From NCBI GenBank assembly GCA_964016885.1, contig OZ024743.1, positions 251,286,001 through 251,350,000 on the forward strand: DNA of 64,000 bases, in the 5' to 3' direction. Origin of the DNA: Eledone cirrhosa. Taxonomy: Eukaryota. Positions 24,939 to 38,870 of this stretch are shown here, piece after piece. The first letter of the stretch is position 1, and each line of letters starts with the position of its first letter. The notes under the pieces were generated by a model that saw only the letters and a program-made list of their open reading frames with translations, made no database searches and was not told the origin of the DNA. The position numbers were made by a program, and so were the translations under genes.

Positions 24939-26683
24939 TTAGTCGCCTGTGTATGTGTGTGTGTTTTAGCTATAACCACACATAAAGACAGATAAACACT
25001 AGCCAAGGTCTAAGTCTGGGAGAACTGTAGATGTAGTTCAGTTTTAGAGATTGGAGGAAGAAAATGTTTTTTATATCATGGGAAATATTATGTTGCCCCT
25101 AAGGGAATACATCTGTGTGAACAGTGGAACTGAAGATGGTAAAAAAAAATAGTATGACATAGTAAACATTTGTATTATATGTATATATGGAGAAGTGAAG
25201 AATTGGTTGAGTTCTGGTGGGAGTTGAAGTGAGGATGAAAAAGAACTAAGTGCCAATGCTAGTTTGATAAATGGCACAAGAGTTCTGATTTGACACTCAA
25301 AGTCTCTTTTGGAGATATAATTTCAAGATGGATCATGTGTAACTTTGTGTTAGTGTATGTATGTAGGATGTGCATATGTGTATATCATGTCTTTGTATGT
25401 TGATGTGTGTGTGTGTATTTGTATGGATGTATGTATGTGTGTGTGTATTTGTATCTATGAGTTTGTATGTGGATATGTGTGTGTATTTGTTTGTATATGG
25501 GCTTGTGCACACATGCATGTGTGTGTCTGTCTCTGTATGTGCATGTGCATACATGTATGTATCTGTATGTGCTTATGATTTTGTATATTTATGTGCAACT
25601 TGTGAGCATGCACATGCTTGTAAATATCTTTAGAGTGTAAATGAATGTGTATCTGAGGGAGTAGGAGGGAGAAGCAATCAAGATTTCTGAAAGGATAAGT
25701 CGGAGAAAGAGTGATATATAGATAAAGAGAGAGGGGGAAGAGTGATAGAAGGATATGGAGAAGGAGTGAGGAAATGAGAAAATGTTGTTGTGTGAAGAGT
25801 AAAGGAGGGAAGAAAATTAGAGATTGATGAAAAACTATGAGGGAGTGGATGATTGAGAGGTGAGGGAGGATGAGATAGAGGAGAATGAGGAGTGGGAGCA
25901 GAGAGAGGGGTAGCGGATATAGGGTGAGTGAGAGAGAGAGAGATAGATAGAGGGTAGATAGGTTGATGGCAAAAGAAATCAGAGAAACTTTGATATTTTG
26001 TGTCTAAAAAAGATGTTGTTTGAGGAGGTGTTAAAAGCCAACAAATATAGAGTTAATAATGGCTGCAATGAGTGGAATCCATCTTATAATGCCACTCCAT
26101 TCCTTTGGCACCAAACCCTTTCACCTCCTAATGGAGAGCAATTAGTCTCTGTCAGTTAATATAACCAAGGGAGATAGCATTAATATACCAGTTTGACTAT
26201 TGCAAACATCATTACGTTGTATTGCTGCAACAACCGACACATTCACACACACACACACATATATATAGGGAGAGAGAGAGACGTTAGGTAAGGAAATATA
26301 TATAATCAAAGGAGGAGCATGTAGCATTACAGCACTATTAAATAGCAAAGTTGCGCAATTTGTCTGCAATGTATCCCATCCTGTTTCTACTCGTAAGACA
26401 TTTTATTGTTATTTGTTCACTTACTTACTTTGCTGTCCTAGTAAAAAACACTGCTGCTTTTCCCTGTCTCTATGTTGCCGTATTATCTCATATGCATCTC
26501 ATTGGCAGCTTGTTTAAGCTGTCATGCAACCTGGATTCAGTATTATGCAATACCCCCCCTATCCTCAAAATTGCATTGCCCAGTTGGTGGCTGATGATGA
26601 AGATAAATGATTTTTTTTTGTTTTTTCGTCCTTCATGTTTAATTTTTTTCCATATACAACTTTGCGGTACACACACTCACAAT

Positions 26684-26751
<68 letters not shown>

Positions 26752-26769
26752 AACAAACATGCATACACA

Positions 26770-27375
26770 CATAAAGCTTTCTTGTTGCCTTGATGTCTCA
26801 GTATGAATGCTTTAGTATTTGTTTGTGTTTGGATAAATAGTGTTAAGTGGAAACCATTCAATGTTGGTATTGGTATTTGCCTAAAATGTGTACTGTCACC
26901 TCCCCTGTTCACCATGGACAGGACTGGCATGTGCAGTTGTAATTTGCGGATGACATGGTATTACTTAACTCATCAGGTGATGTCCGACATGTACTTGATA
27001 GGTTTGCGGCCAAATGCTGCAAGAATACGATAACAAATACAAGCAGCTGAAATGGAAATTATTGAGTAACATTACTTGATAGAGAGCATAGCTTGAAGAT
27101 CAGTGAGTCACTCCAGGTAGACCCACTATTTTTCCAAATTGAGAGGTCACAGCTCTGATATTATGGACATGCGAAAGAATCACTAGGCAGATTTTACAGA
27201 CAAAACTAACCAGTAGACCCTGAGCAAGATGGTTGAATAACATCCATGAACTCAGCTGGTCTCACTTGGTTATAGGGCCAGATCAATTGGAGACAGCTGC
27301 TTCCAACAAAACCCACTGGAAGGTGTGCTTGAGTACTCTGCGCCTATGGCCCTCTCGGGAATAAGTGGGCAATTA
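26770..27375 (+). mobile_element. Highly decayed RTE-like LINE fragment
   Basis: PFNVG.G...CVLSP.LF motif. The 3' part resembles 40680-40965. Confidence 0.6.
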
Positions 27376-28009
27376 GAAGATATACATGCAGATTCATATA
27401 AACTTATAGCCTTATTTAAATGATTTTTTGTGTGGTTGATTTATGCTGATTGGGAGAAGAAATACTGTATATATTTTATCTAATGATTCTATGGACTTAT
27501 TTTATATATATATATATATATATATAAGATTTTCTTTTATGCACTGGTTTCGAAATATGTGTGCATACATGCAAACATGCACAGCAGCTCAGAGAGAACA
27601 ATGTCTATGATCACTACCTCTCCTGCCTTTGTTTTCTCATTGTCAGAGGTCATAAATAGAGAGGTCAAGTGTGATGACCTTTCCTATTAAACTAAACCAC
27701 AAATGAATATATCGAAAAGAAATCAACAAAAAGAAAGAAAGCACAAATAAAGCAATTTTTGCACCCTCTCCATCTCCATTACTTCCTCTTCCCTAAATGA
27801 AAAATTATTTTAAAAAGAGATTTTAATTTCTATCAGTTGTCAGTTGTTTTGAATTGATGAAAACTTTATCATTTGTGTAACTACCATCTTTTAAGAGCTG
27901 CATGTGTGTTGTAAATTGTTGAATCTGCTCTGTTGTGGAATCCAGTCTTGTATAGACTCTTTCTTGCTGAACATGTTTTCCTCAGGTTGTGTGTGTGGAC
28001 TCTGTATTG

Positions 28010-28250
28010 TCTAGCTGGTGTGTTATAATAGTATTATGTGGGAGTGTGTGTGGACTGTTATATTGACTAGCTGGTGTGCTATAATAGTATTATGTGGGAG
28101 TGTGTGGACTGTTATATTGACTAGCTGGTGTGCTATAATAGTATTATGTATGTAGGAGTGTGTGTGGACTGTCATATTAGCTAGCTGGTGTGTTATAATA
28201 GTATTATGTATGTGGGAGTGTGTGCTTGTGTGTGGACTGTCATATTGACT
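28010..28250. repeat. ~60-bp tandem repeat, about 4 copies (CTAGCTGGTGTG(T/C)TATAATAGTATTATGT...GGACTG)
   Basis: Direct reading. Confidence 0.85.
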
Positions 28251-28876
28251 AGACAGTTAATAATATAGTAGTATGTGTATGTTATGCTAATGTGTGTGAT
28301 TTTGTGTGTTCATATTAGTTGTGTAGTGTGTGGTTATGTGTGCATTTGTATGTGTTCCTATTAGCTGTGTGTTGTATTATAATGTGTGCGCTTGAATGGA
28401 TGAGGGTGTATGTTCTTATCAGTTGGGTAAAGGTGGCTAGGGGTAGTGGCTTTGTTGTTGTTTGTGGTGTAGGTGATGCCTGTATAGTGATTGGGGTGGT
28501 GACTATATGGAGGTGGTTGTGAGGTGTCTATATTATGGTGGTGGTGGTGGTGTCTGTATGATTGTGGAGTTATAATAATGATTGTTTCACATCATCACCA
28601 GTTGTATTTCTCACTCCATTAAAGAATATCAATAACATTTTCTGCTATTGTTATTATATCTTCTGACATGCACCACTTAGCAACTGGTGCAGGTGAGGCG
28701 AAGGGGGTGTTCTATTGCCTGCTTTCATTTCTATTTAACAGCAACAACACACACTTACACTGCCCTCTCCACCCCATATTCCACCTGGCTTTCTCCAGCT
28801 GCTCCTGCCCTCCATCCACACCTCCTGTCTCCTTCAACTCCACCTCACATATTACTTTTTTATTTGAATTTTCTCA

Positions 28877-30150
<1,274 letters not shown>

Positions 30151-30502
30151 GTTGAGCAAGTAATGGAATATAATGGAGTCTAGAAACTTGCTATTGTTTA
30201 CTAAAATGACCATTGATTTTTTTTTCTTTTATATTTTTATATAAATGTTTTGTGTGTGTGAGTATGTATGTATGTATGTATGTATGTGTGTGTGTGTGTG
30301 CAAGTATGTGTGTATGTATATGTTTGTATGAGTGTGAGAGCGTGTATATGTATCTGTGCATGTTTATAGTTATGTATATATAGGTGTATCTATCTATCTA
30401 CGTGTCAATATGTTTGTGTGTATATGTATGTGGGTATGAGTATGTGTGTGTATATGTATGCATGTATGCATGTTTATATATATCTGTCTGTGAGAGTGTA
30501 TG

Positions 30503-30546
<44 letters not shown>

Positions 30547-30554
<8 letters not shown>

Positions 30555-30965
30555 ATATTAACAAATGGAAACTATATTTATAAAACCATATTTATTTCAT
30601 TATACATATTTCAAGGGCCACCAGAGCAAACTATGGTGCACTTTCATCAGATAAAATATAATATAGGTTAGTTTTATAAATAAATATTGACATACCCAGG
30701 AGATTCCAACCAGAATGGTTGCATTTTTTAAGGGTATGTCAATATTTATTATAAAACTAACCTATATTATATTTTATCTGATGAAAGTGCACCATAGTTT
30801 GCTCTGGTGGCCCTTGAAATATGTATAATGAAATAAATATGGTTTTATAAATATAGTTTCCATTTGTTAATATATTGTATATTTACTCCAATAATGTGAG
30901 TGCTTTATATCAGTTATAAAAATATTTTGCTTGTTGTATCCCAACAAATTAAATATAACCTCTAC

Positions 30966-30966
<1 letters not shown>
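30547..30966 (+). mobile_element. Fold-back HHR element: arms 30547-30697 / 30732-30881, 3' tail 30882-30966, within (TA)n
   Basis: About 150-bp near-perfect inverted arms, each with a full HHR core. Confidence 0.9.
30770..30835 (+). ncRNA. Minimal type I hammerhead ribozyme (mirror copy at 30593-30658 on the minus strand)
   Basis: Stem I ATTTTAT/ATGAAAT. CTGATGA. Stem II around CACCA/TGGTG. GAAA-TATGTA-TA^. Confidence 0.75.
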
Positions 30967-31020
<54 letters not shown>

Positions 31021-31199
31021 TATGTATGTATGAATATATGTGTGTGTCTATCTATGTATGTATGAATATGTTTGTGTGTATTGTATGTGTGTGTGCCAAT
31101 CCTATGTGGTCCACTCCCACATCTGTTCACTCAGAACAAGTTGAGCTGAAACAAAGCTGCACACAATTGTCTATACTTTTCAATGATTTTGTTATCAAC

Positions 31200-31680
31200 C
31201 ACCACCTTAACCCCTACCAAGATCACACACCACCAAAACCATCACCACTACTGCTACAACCATGGCCACTGGCTTCTTTACCACCTCTTCCACCACCACA
31301 ACCACTCCAACCACCACCACAATCACTCCAACCACCACCACTAATACAACCATAACCACTGGCAACATTACCACAACCAACTCAAGAATCACCACCACGA
31401 CTACTGCTACTACAACCATAACCACTAGCAACTTTACCATTGCCAACACCACCACCTCTACACCCACAGCCATAACCACTGGCAAATTATACTACAACCA
31501 ACACTACCAACCACCACCACTACTACTACAGTTATAACCACTGGCAACCTTACCACAGCCAACACTAGAACAACCACCATCACCACAACCACTATTGGAC
31601 ACTTTACAACCACCTCCTTCAAATCTACCATTACAACCCTAGCCACTTACTATTATACTACTACTGCCATCCCCACAACT
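31200..31680. repeat. (ACC/ACT/ACA)n low-complexity tract
   Basis: Direct reading. Confidence 0.8.
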
Positions 31681-32681
31681 AAATGACTCTCAGAAGAGAC
31701 AGAGAGTGTGCAAAAATGCATGATGTGGAAAGCTTTACTTTTTCAATAAAGTTACATACAATTTATCTAGTAATTTTGGTTGGAGACCCAATTAAAATCC
31801 TCCACAATACAAACAGATGGCGAGATTTGAAGCACATTTTCATTAGCCTAACAGAAAAAAATGTGAAATTCATGAAGTATTGCAATTAGTTTCCAGATTA
31901 ATGGGGTAGCAGCATTTGTTCCCCTTTTAGAAGTTCTAGTAATCTATTCAACAACATAGATGAGAGAGGATTTTATGGTCTTGTCAAGTACCTGCTGACC
32001 TCTTTAGTGTTGTTGTTATGATAAAATGCACCAAGTATACTCTTTATAGTGATGGTGCTGTTGCTACAAAATAATGCATTGAGTACACTCTGTAAATATT
32101 AAGGACATCCAACTATAGAAACCATGCCAAAATATATATGTCCTTATGTAGCATGGTTTCTATGGCTGGAAACCTTTCCTAATACTAACCAATTTACAGA
32201 TTGTACTGGGTGTATTTTATTGTGGCATCATCAATAAACACTCACGAGAAACAAGAAAAGGATCACCAAAAAGACACATATTGCATTTATGTGTGTGTGT
32301 ATGTATGAATATGTATGTGTATATATATATAAAGATTGTGTAGTATTACTGTCCTTGGTAGTCATCCATTTACTCATAAGTGTTTTGAAATATATCTACA
32401 TAGTTTTATCAGTGTTGATATATGTATATTTATTTACACATACACACATATACATAGATGTATTTCAATGCAGATATATATCTCTACATAGTTATATATG
32501 GATACCATCAATACTTATTTGGTGATTCATATATTCATATTGTATATTTAAATATGTAAATAGCCACTTTGTAACTCGCTGCTATCTTAGTCATATATAT
32601 TATATATATATATTATATATATATATATTATATATATATATATTATATATATATATATTATATATATATATATTATATATA

Positions 32682-32742
<61 letters not shown>

Positions 32743-34586
32743 TATATATATATATATAGCTTTATACGTTTTACCTATCTCTGTTCCTATCTCTCCATAT
32801 ATCTATCTACATTCATGCACACACATCATCATTTCATCTGAGACAATCTTCTGAGTGAACCAGGGAAACACATATACAATACCAAATGTCTCTATCTACC
32901 ATCACTATTTGTATTACTGATACAGACTTCAATCCAATGCCTATTTAATGTGTGGTCAAGGACTTCAGTGTATGTTTGCATATATATTTATGTCTATCAA
33001 TATATATATCTCACTAATTCTATCATCACATTCTTAGTCATACAATATATGACAAGATAATATTTAAAATATTTTTTTTTACAATATCTTAGTCATAAGA
33101 TGAAAAGCAATAGTAATTGTTATCACCATATAACTACTTTCTATGCATTTTTGCATTTTGATAAATTAATGCTTTGCATAAGAGAAACCTTTTAGCTTAT
33201 GATGATAACTGATATATTGAAGGGATTAAAGTATGAATACTTAAATAATTCATTTCTTGGATATAATTACATAAATGTTCAGCATGTATGTACAAATGAC
33301 ATTCAAGATTAAATGAATGAGTAATTTTAGAGAAATAACTATTTACAGGGACAAATGTACACATGTAGGGTTAGAACTTTGTACTTTGTGATTGGAAAGC
33401 AAAATAGTTATTGTATAAACAGGACTGATGTAGGAAATGCATAGTGTATGTGTGTGTAAATTTTAAAGAGTTACAAGCAGTGATATATATATAAATATAT
33501 TTACAAACACACATGGCTTATTATTATGGTTGATTTAATATCAATCCTATTGTATTTTACCTTGGGCAAGTATCTTCCTCTGTATCTTCAGCTTGACCAG
33601 TACCTTGTGAGGGAAATTTGGTAGACAGAAGGTTGTCATGCACACACACACTCAGACAGTTATGCACACACTCACAATAGCATGCACATTCACATACACA
33701 CTTGTGTGCATGTGCACACACAGACACACATGTTGAGGTAAATTCGAAATATGTAATAAACATACATAGAGTGAGACAACATGTATGTTTTTTATACATA
33801 AACATACTGCATGTTTCTATATATGCCTCTCTCTTTCTCTCTTTGTTTCAGTACATATACAAACACACACACACACACACATAAACGCACACACACATAC
33901 ACACATACACACACAGACACACACACAATCACAAACACACACACACACACAGAGTAGAATGGAAAGATCCTCAATTAAATTGAGGTACTCAATAAATCAG
34001 ATAGAGAGTGAGTGTATTTAGAAATTGCTCTTAGAGGACTAATTCTGTTTCATTCAGTGATAGAATTATCCAAAACCACATGGTTGCACTATAGACTCCT
34101 TAACCACATAGCCATACATGCAACCCTTATCCAATTTGTATGACATTCTTCACAGTGTAATAAAAGATCATTTGATGTGTGATTAGCAAGCAAGCTGTCT
34201 AAGAGCGACTAACACCATCACAGATCAATGGTAACCCAAGAGATGTGCTACTAGTCACAGCTTGGCTTTTTAAACTCCTAATTCATTGAAGCTGAAAACT
34301 GTAATTCATTACGTAAATGCACATATGAGCCCACCCAACCAGGCACTGGTGTAGTTAGAAAACCCCCTCCTGACCCAAAATTAATTGAAGTGTTTGTTTA
34401 TGTATCTGTTGTGCTAATGATGATGATGATGATGACAATGATGATGATGCCGATGATGATGGTACTTCTGCTGGAAGCAATGATGCCTGAGCCATCATTT
34501 TATCTAATACCAAACACACCTTTTAGAATATGTATACACACAAGAAAATGTACATATAAAATTACATACACACACACACACATACT

Positions 34587-34634
<48 letters not shown>

Positions 34635-35614
34635 CATGTATGTATGTGTGTGTATGTAATTTTATGTATATACATATATATATATATATATATACACACA
34701 CTCATGCATACATACAGAGAGGAACATGTATGCACTCACAGGAAGACACTCCATACATATACATTGATAAAGGATACAGTGTTAAAAGTGGAACATTATG
34801 GCTTAACATAACAGCAATTTAGAAACTATATCTATTTACTGTGAAGCCAGCAGAGTTATTGATTCCATCTAATAGCAAAATGAAGTTCGCTTTGAGCCAT
34901 GAACAAGTCAAAATATTATGAGAAGATTGGCAAATACTATATATTCAAGCCAATAGCATAATTTGAGTTTTTCTTAATTTCTCTTGTGGGTCTTTTCTGT
35001 GTGTTTTTGTGAGATTTTTGTGCTTTTTAAAAAAATTATTTATTGGATGTTTTCTTAGTATTTTTGTGAACATAATGAAAAACATGTAAAGTTTACATAT
35101 ATATATATATATGCACACACACATATATATATATATATATGTACATATAAATATATATATAAATATGCACACACACACATATATTTGTACTTATATATAT
35201 ATATATATATATACACACACATACATTTATATATACACACACATAGATATATGTGTGTACGTACGCATACATATTTAAAAAGATTTAAATAGATAGATGA
35301 ATATTTTTTTCTTTTCCCACCTCCGTCGTGCTATCCTATAAATCTCTTACCTATGTTTTGTGTTGCTGTTGTGTCTAGTAGACCAAAGACTGAGATTTAT
35401 ATAGAAGTGGAAATATAAAACAGATTACAACGCCTACAATAAACTTCCTCTCCCTCCTCTGACTCTTAACTCACATAGTTTTGGACACATAAATGAAGTC
35501 GCAGCTTTTACAAAACATACACACACAAACATTATATATATATATATCGACTGCGTTGTGGAGCATCAACACTGAAATCCTCCTAGTTGATATATCAAAC
35601 ATTACAGATGAGAA

Positions 35615-35658
35615 CTGTCTGACGAAATCCTATCTGAAGGTTTAAATTTGTGTAACAG
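35615..35658 (+). ncRNA. Degenerate hammerhead-like motif downstream of a (TA)n tract
   Basis: CTGT-CTGACGA-AATCCT ATCTGA AGGTTT-AAA-TTTGTG-TA-ACAG. Stem I CTGT/ACAG is present, but the G of GAAA is missing. Confidence 0.45.
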
Positions 35659-35974
35659 ATATGGTATAACAACTTTTACATACTAAATAAAATGTGCTTG
35701 CAACTGATATAGAAATTATGTAATATGATGGCTGCAGCTTGATGATGTCTGTCATCCCCATATCAGTAATTGGTACAGGTTGGTTGTTGTTTCATTAGGA
35801 AAGTATCGTTTTGAAGGATATGTTTGTATTTTTATTTATGTTGTGTGCTGTATGTCTTTAATAAGTGGGGTTGTAAGATTATGATTTGCTTTTGCTTGAG
35901 TTTATAGTTAGCATGTGTTTAGTGTAGATTTCTTTATGTTGTATATAAGGCATCTTATACTGTTAGTTTACACT

Positions 35975-36135
35975 GTAAACGTGGTTGGTGTTAGGAAGGG
36001 CTTCCAGCCGTAGAAAACCTGCCAGACAGTCCTATACGAGCAAGATAACCAATCTTGCCTCAAGTGGGACAATTCCCGTCTAAACCCATGCTAGCCTGGA
36101 AGATAGACTTTAAACGATGATGATGATGATGATAT
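35975..36135 (+). mobile_element. RTE 3'-end fragment with (GAT)n tail
   Basis: Matches the reverse complement of 21925-22085. Confidence 0.8.
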
Positions 36136-36305
36136 GATGATATTTTGGCTTTGTTTGATTTACAAGTCTCATGAACAGATCGGGCTGGTTGGGGGAGTCT
36201 ATAGCATTTATAGAGATCCTGAGTCACCCATCTGTGAAACGGTCGTAACTGTGTATAATCAATAAAGACCTTAATGTGAAACCTCTTCTTTTTACAATCT
36301 CTCTC

Positions 36306-36341
<36 letters not shown>

Positions 36342-36343
<2 letters not shown>

Positions 36344-36894
36344 TTTTGAGTTTATGTTGGTTGTATACCAACACCTCAGTATGCAGGCTGGAGCACTCGA
36401 CGAAGTGCGCAGGTTGGTTGTATACCAACACCTCAGTATGCAGGCTGGAGCACTCGACGAAGTGCGCAGGTTGGTTTGGTTACTCCGGAGTAGTGTAAAA
36501 TAAAGTTAAATAAAAGTCAAATGATTAAAATTTAGCTTCGTTTATTACTGCTATATATATTTCAGTGACAGCCATCTTTGGCTGTGACCTCTTCAGGCAG
36601 TTTGAATTAGTATGGTATAGACAAGTACATATGTTGTTTAGGTGTATGATATTGTCAATACTCTGATATGCCCAGTTCCTTGTTGGGTTGTTCCCCAGTG
36701 AATTAACAACCCAACAAGGAACTGGGCATATCAGAGTATTGACAATATCATACACCTAAACAACATATGTACTTGTCTATACCATACTAATTCAAACTGC
36801 CTGAAGAGGTCACAGCCAAAGATGGCTGTCACTGAAATATATATAGCAGTAATAAACGAAGCTAAATTTTAATCATTTGACTTTTATTTAACTT

Positions 36895-36901
<7 letters not shown>
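36342..36901 (-). mobile_element. Fold-back HHR element: 197-bp arms 36496-36692 / 36705-36901 with a 12-nt spacer, and 3' tail 36342-36495 containing a 57-bp tandem duplication; (TA)n on both sides
   Basis: The arms appear identical on reading, and each contains a canonical HHR. Confidence 0.93.
36796..36850 (+). ncRNA. Canonical minimal type I hammerhead ribozyme (mirror copy at 36547-36601 on the minus strand)
   Basis: ACTGC-CTGAAGA-GGTCACAGCCA AAGA TGGCTGTCACT-GAAA-TATATA-TA^GCAGT. Predicted cleavage after 36845. Confidence 0.88.
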
Positions 36902-36972
<71 letters not shown>

Positions 36973-36975
<3 letters not shown>

Positions 36976-37045
36976 AATAAAATACAGAGTTATTAACTGA
37001 CATTGATACCCTGCAATTCACAAGCTCAAAGTATAAATACTGAGC

Positions 37046-37050
<5 letters not shown>
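36973..37050 (-). mobile_element. ~80-bp terminal fragment of the 468-bp HHR monomer family, between (TA)n tracts
   Basis: Nearly identical to 39260-39338. Confidence 0.85.
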
Positions 37051-37091
<41 letters not shown>

Positions 37092-38632
37092 TTTGATGGC
37101 CTTTATTCTCTCGTTCACGATTTCACCGAATTTAAATTCATAGAAATCTGGGACTTGTCTCTTTCTTCATCACTTTCTGTTGCTTAAACCATTTTGTTTG
37201 TTTACCCTCGCGTCCCCTTTATTTACGTGTCCCAACGACTTTTTTTAGCCGTTGCTCGCACCAACCGGAGGTATATGGTCTTTAAAGCGATGAAATGCCT
37301 ATGATGGTTGGAAGATCACTGATGAAGGACAAACTTTTTCATATGTAACCCATTTGCAACGCCGCAGCTCCATTATTATCATATTTACACATATATTTTT
37401 TCCTCTGCTGCTACACGTCTGTTTCGTTCTTTGTATCTTTACCCTTTCTAGCAGTCTCTCTCTCTCTCTCTGTTAGCCTCTTCCTCACCCTTCACTCACT
37501 CATTCTCTGTCACTACCTCTCCTCCTCCTCTTTCTTCCCGTTTGACCTGTGTGTGATTCTTTTCTCTCGCGCGCTGGCCAAGCTGGTATGAATTTTTTTT
37601 CTCTCTCTCGTCTACGGTTTCACAGAACTTATGTTTACCGAATTCGCAGACCAGACCCCTTCTCCCCCCCCCGTTAGACCTGTGCAAAATTCCTTCCTTG
37701 CTCACATTTCAACCAGGTTTGATGGTATTTATTCTCTCGTTCACGATTTCACCGAATTTAAATTCATAGAAATCTGGGACTTGTCTCTTTCTTCATCACT
37801 TTCTGTTGCTTAAACCATTTTGTTTGTTTACCCTCGCGTCCCCTTTATTTACTTGTCCCAACGACTTTTTTTAGCCGTTGCTCGCACCAACCGGAGGTAT
37901 ATGGTCTTTAAAGCGATGAAATGCCTATGATGGTTGGAAGATCACTGATGAAGGACAAACTTTTTCATATGTAACCCATTTGCAACGCCGCAGCTCCATT
38001 ATTATCATATTTACACATATATTTTTTCCTCTGCTGCTACCCGTCTGTTTCGTTCTTTGTATCTTTACCCTTTCTAGCAGTCTCTCTCTCTCTCTCTGTT
38101 AGCCTCTTCCTCACCCTTCACTCACTCATTCTCTGTCACTACCTCTCCTCCTCCTCTTTCTTCCCGTTTGACCTGTGTGTGATTCTTTTCTCTCGCGCGC
38201 TGGCCAAGCTGGTATGAATTTTTTTCTCTCTCTCGTCTATGATTTCACAGAACTTATGTTTACCGAATTCGCAGACCAGACCCCTTCTTCCCCCCCCCCC
38301 CGTTAGACCTGTGCAAAATTCCTTCCTTGCTCACATTTCAACCAGGTTTGATGGTATTTATTCTCTCGTTCACGATTTCACCGAATTTAAATTCATAGAA
38401 ATCTGGGACTTGTCTCTTTCTTCATCACTTTCTGTTGCTTAAACCATTTTGTTTGTTTACCCTCGCGTCCCCTTTATTTACGTGTCCCAACGACTTTTTT
38501 TAGCCGTTGCTCGCACCAACCGGAGGTATATGGTCTTTAAAGCGATGAAATGCCTATGATGGTTGGAAGATCACTGATGAAGGACAAACTTTTTCATATG
38601 TAACCCATTTGCAACGCCGCAGCTCCATTATT

Positions 38633-38637
<5 letters not shown>
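37092..38637. repeat. Tandem repeat of a ~626-629-bp complex unit, about 2.5 copies, bounded by (TA)n
   Basis: Units start at 37092, 37718 and 38347, with very few differences. Confidence 0.95.
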
Positions 38638-38678
<41 letters not shown>

Positions 38679-38683
<5 letters not shown>

Positions 38684-38862
38684 TTTGGCAGTATCGGTAG
38701 AGGATCGGACGCCATGCTTTCCAGCATAGTTGCGTCCCTTTACGATCTGAGTTCAAATCCCGCCGAGGTTGACTTTGCCTTTCATCCTTACGGGGTCGAT
38801 AAAATAAAGTACCAGTAATGCACTGGGAAATTGCTGGCCTTGTGCCTAAAGTAGAAACAATT
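38679..38862 (+). mobile_element. tRNA-derived SINE with a Nin/Deu-like central domain (family A)
   Basis: A box TGGCAGTATCGG, B box GAGTTCAAATCC, then GCCTTTCATCCTTACGGGGTCGATAAAATAAAGTACCAG. Many copies in the window. Confidence 0.85.
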
Positions 38863-38870
38863 ATATAATA

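Noticed and set aside
37290-37330. C/D-box snoRNA or hammerhead around ATGATGG...CTGATGA
   Set aside because: The box C is imperfect, there is no terminal stem, and no stem II-GAAA follows the CTGATGA.
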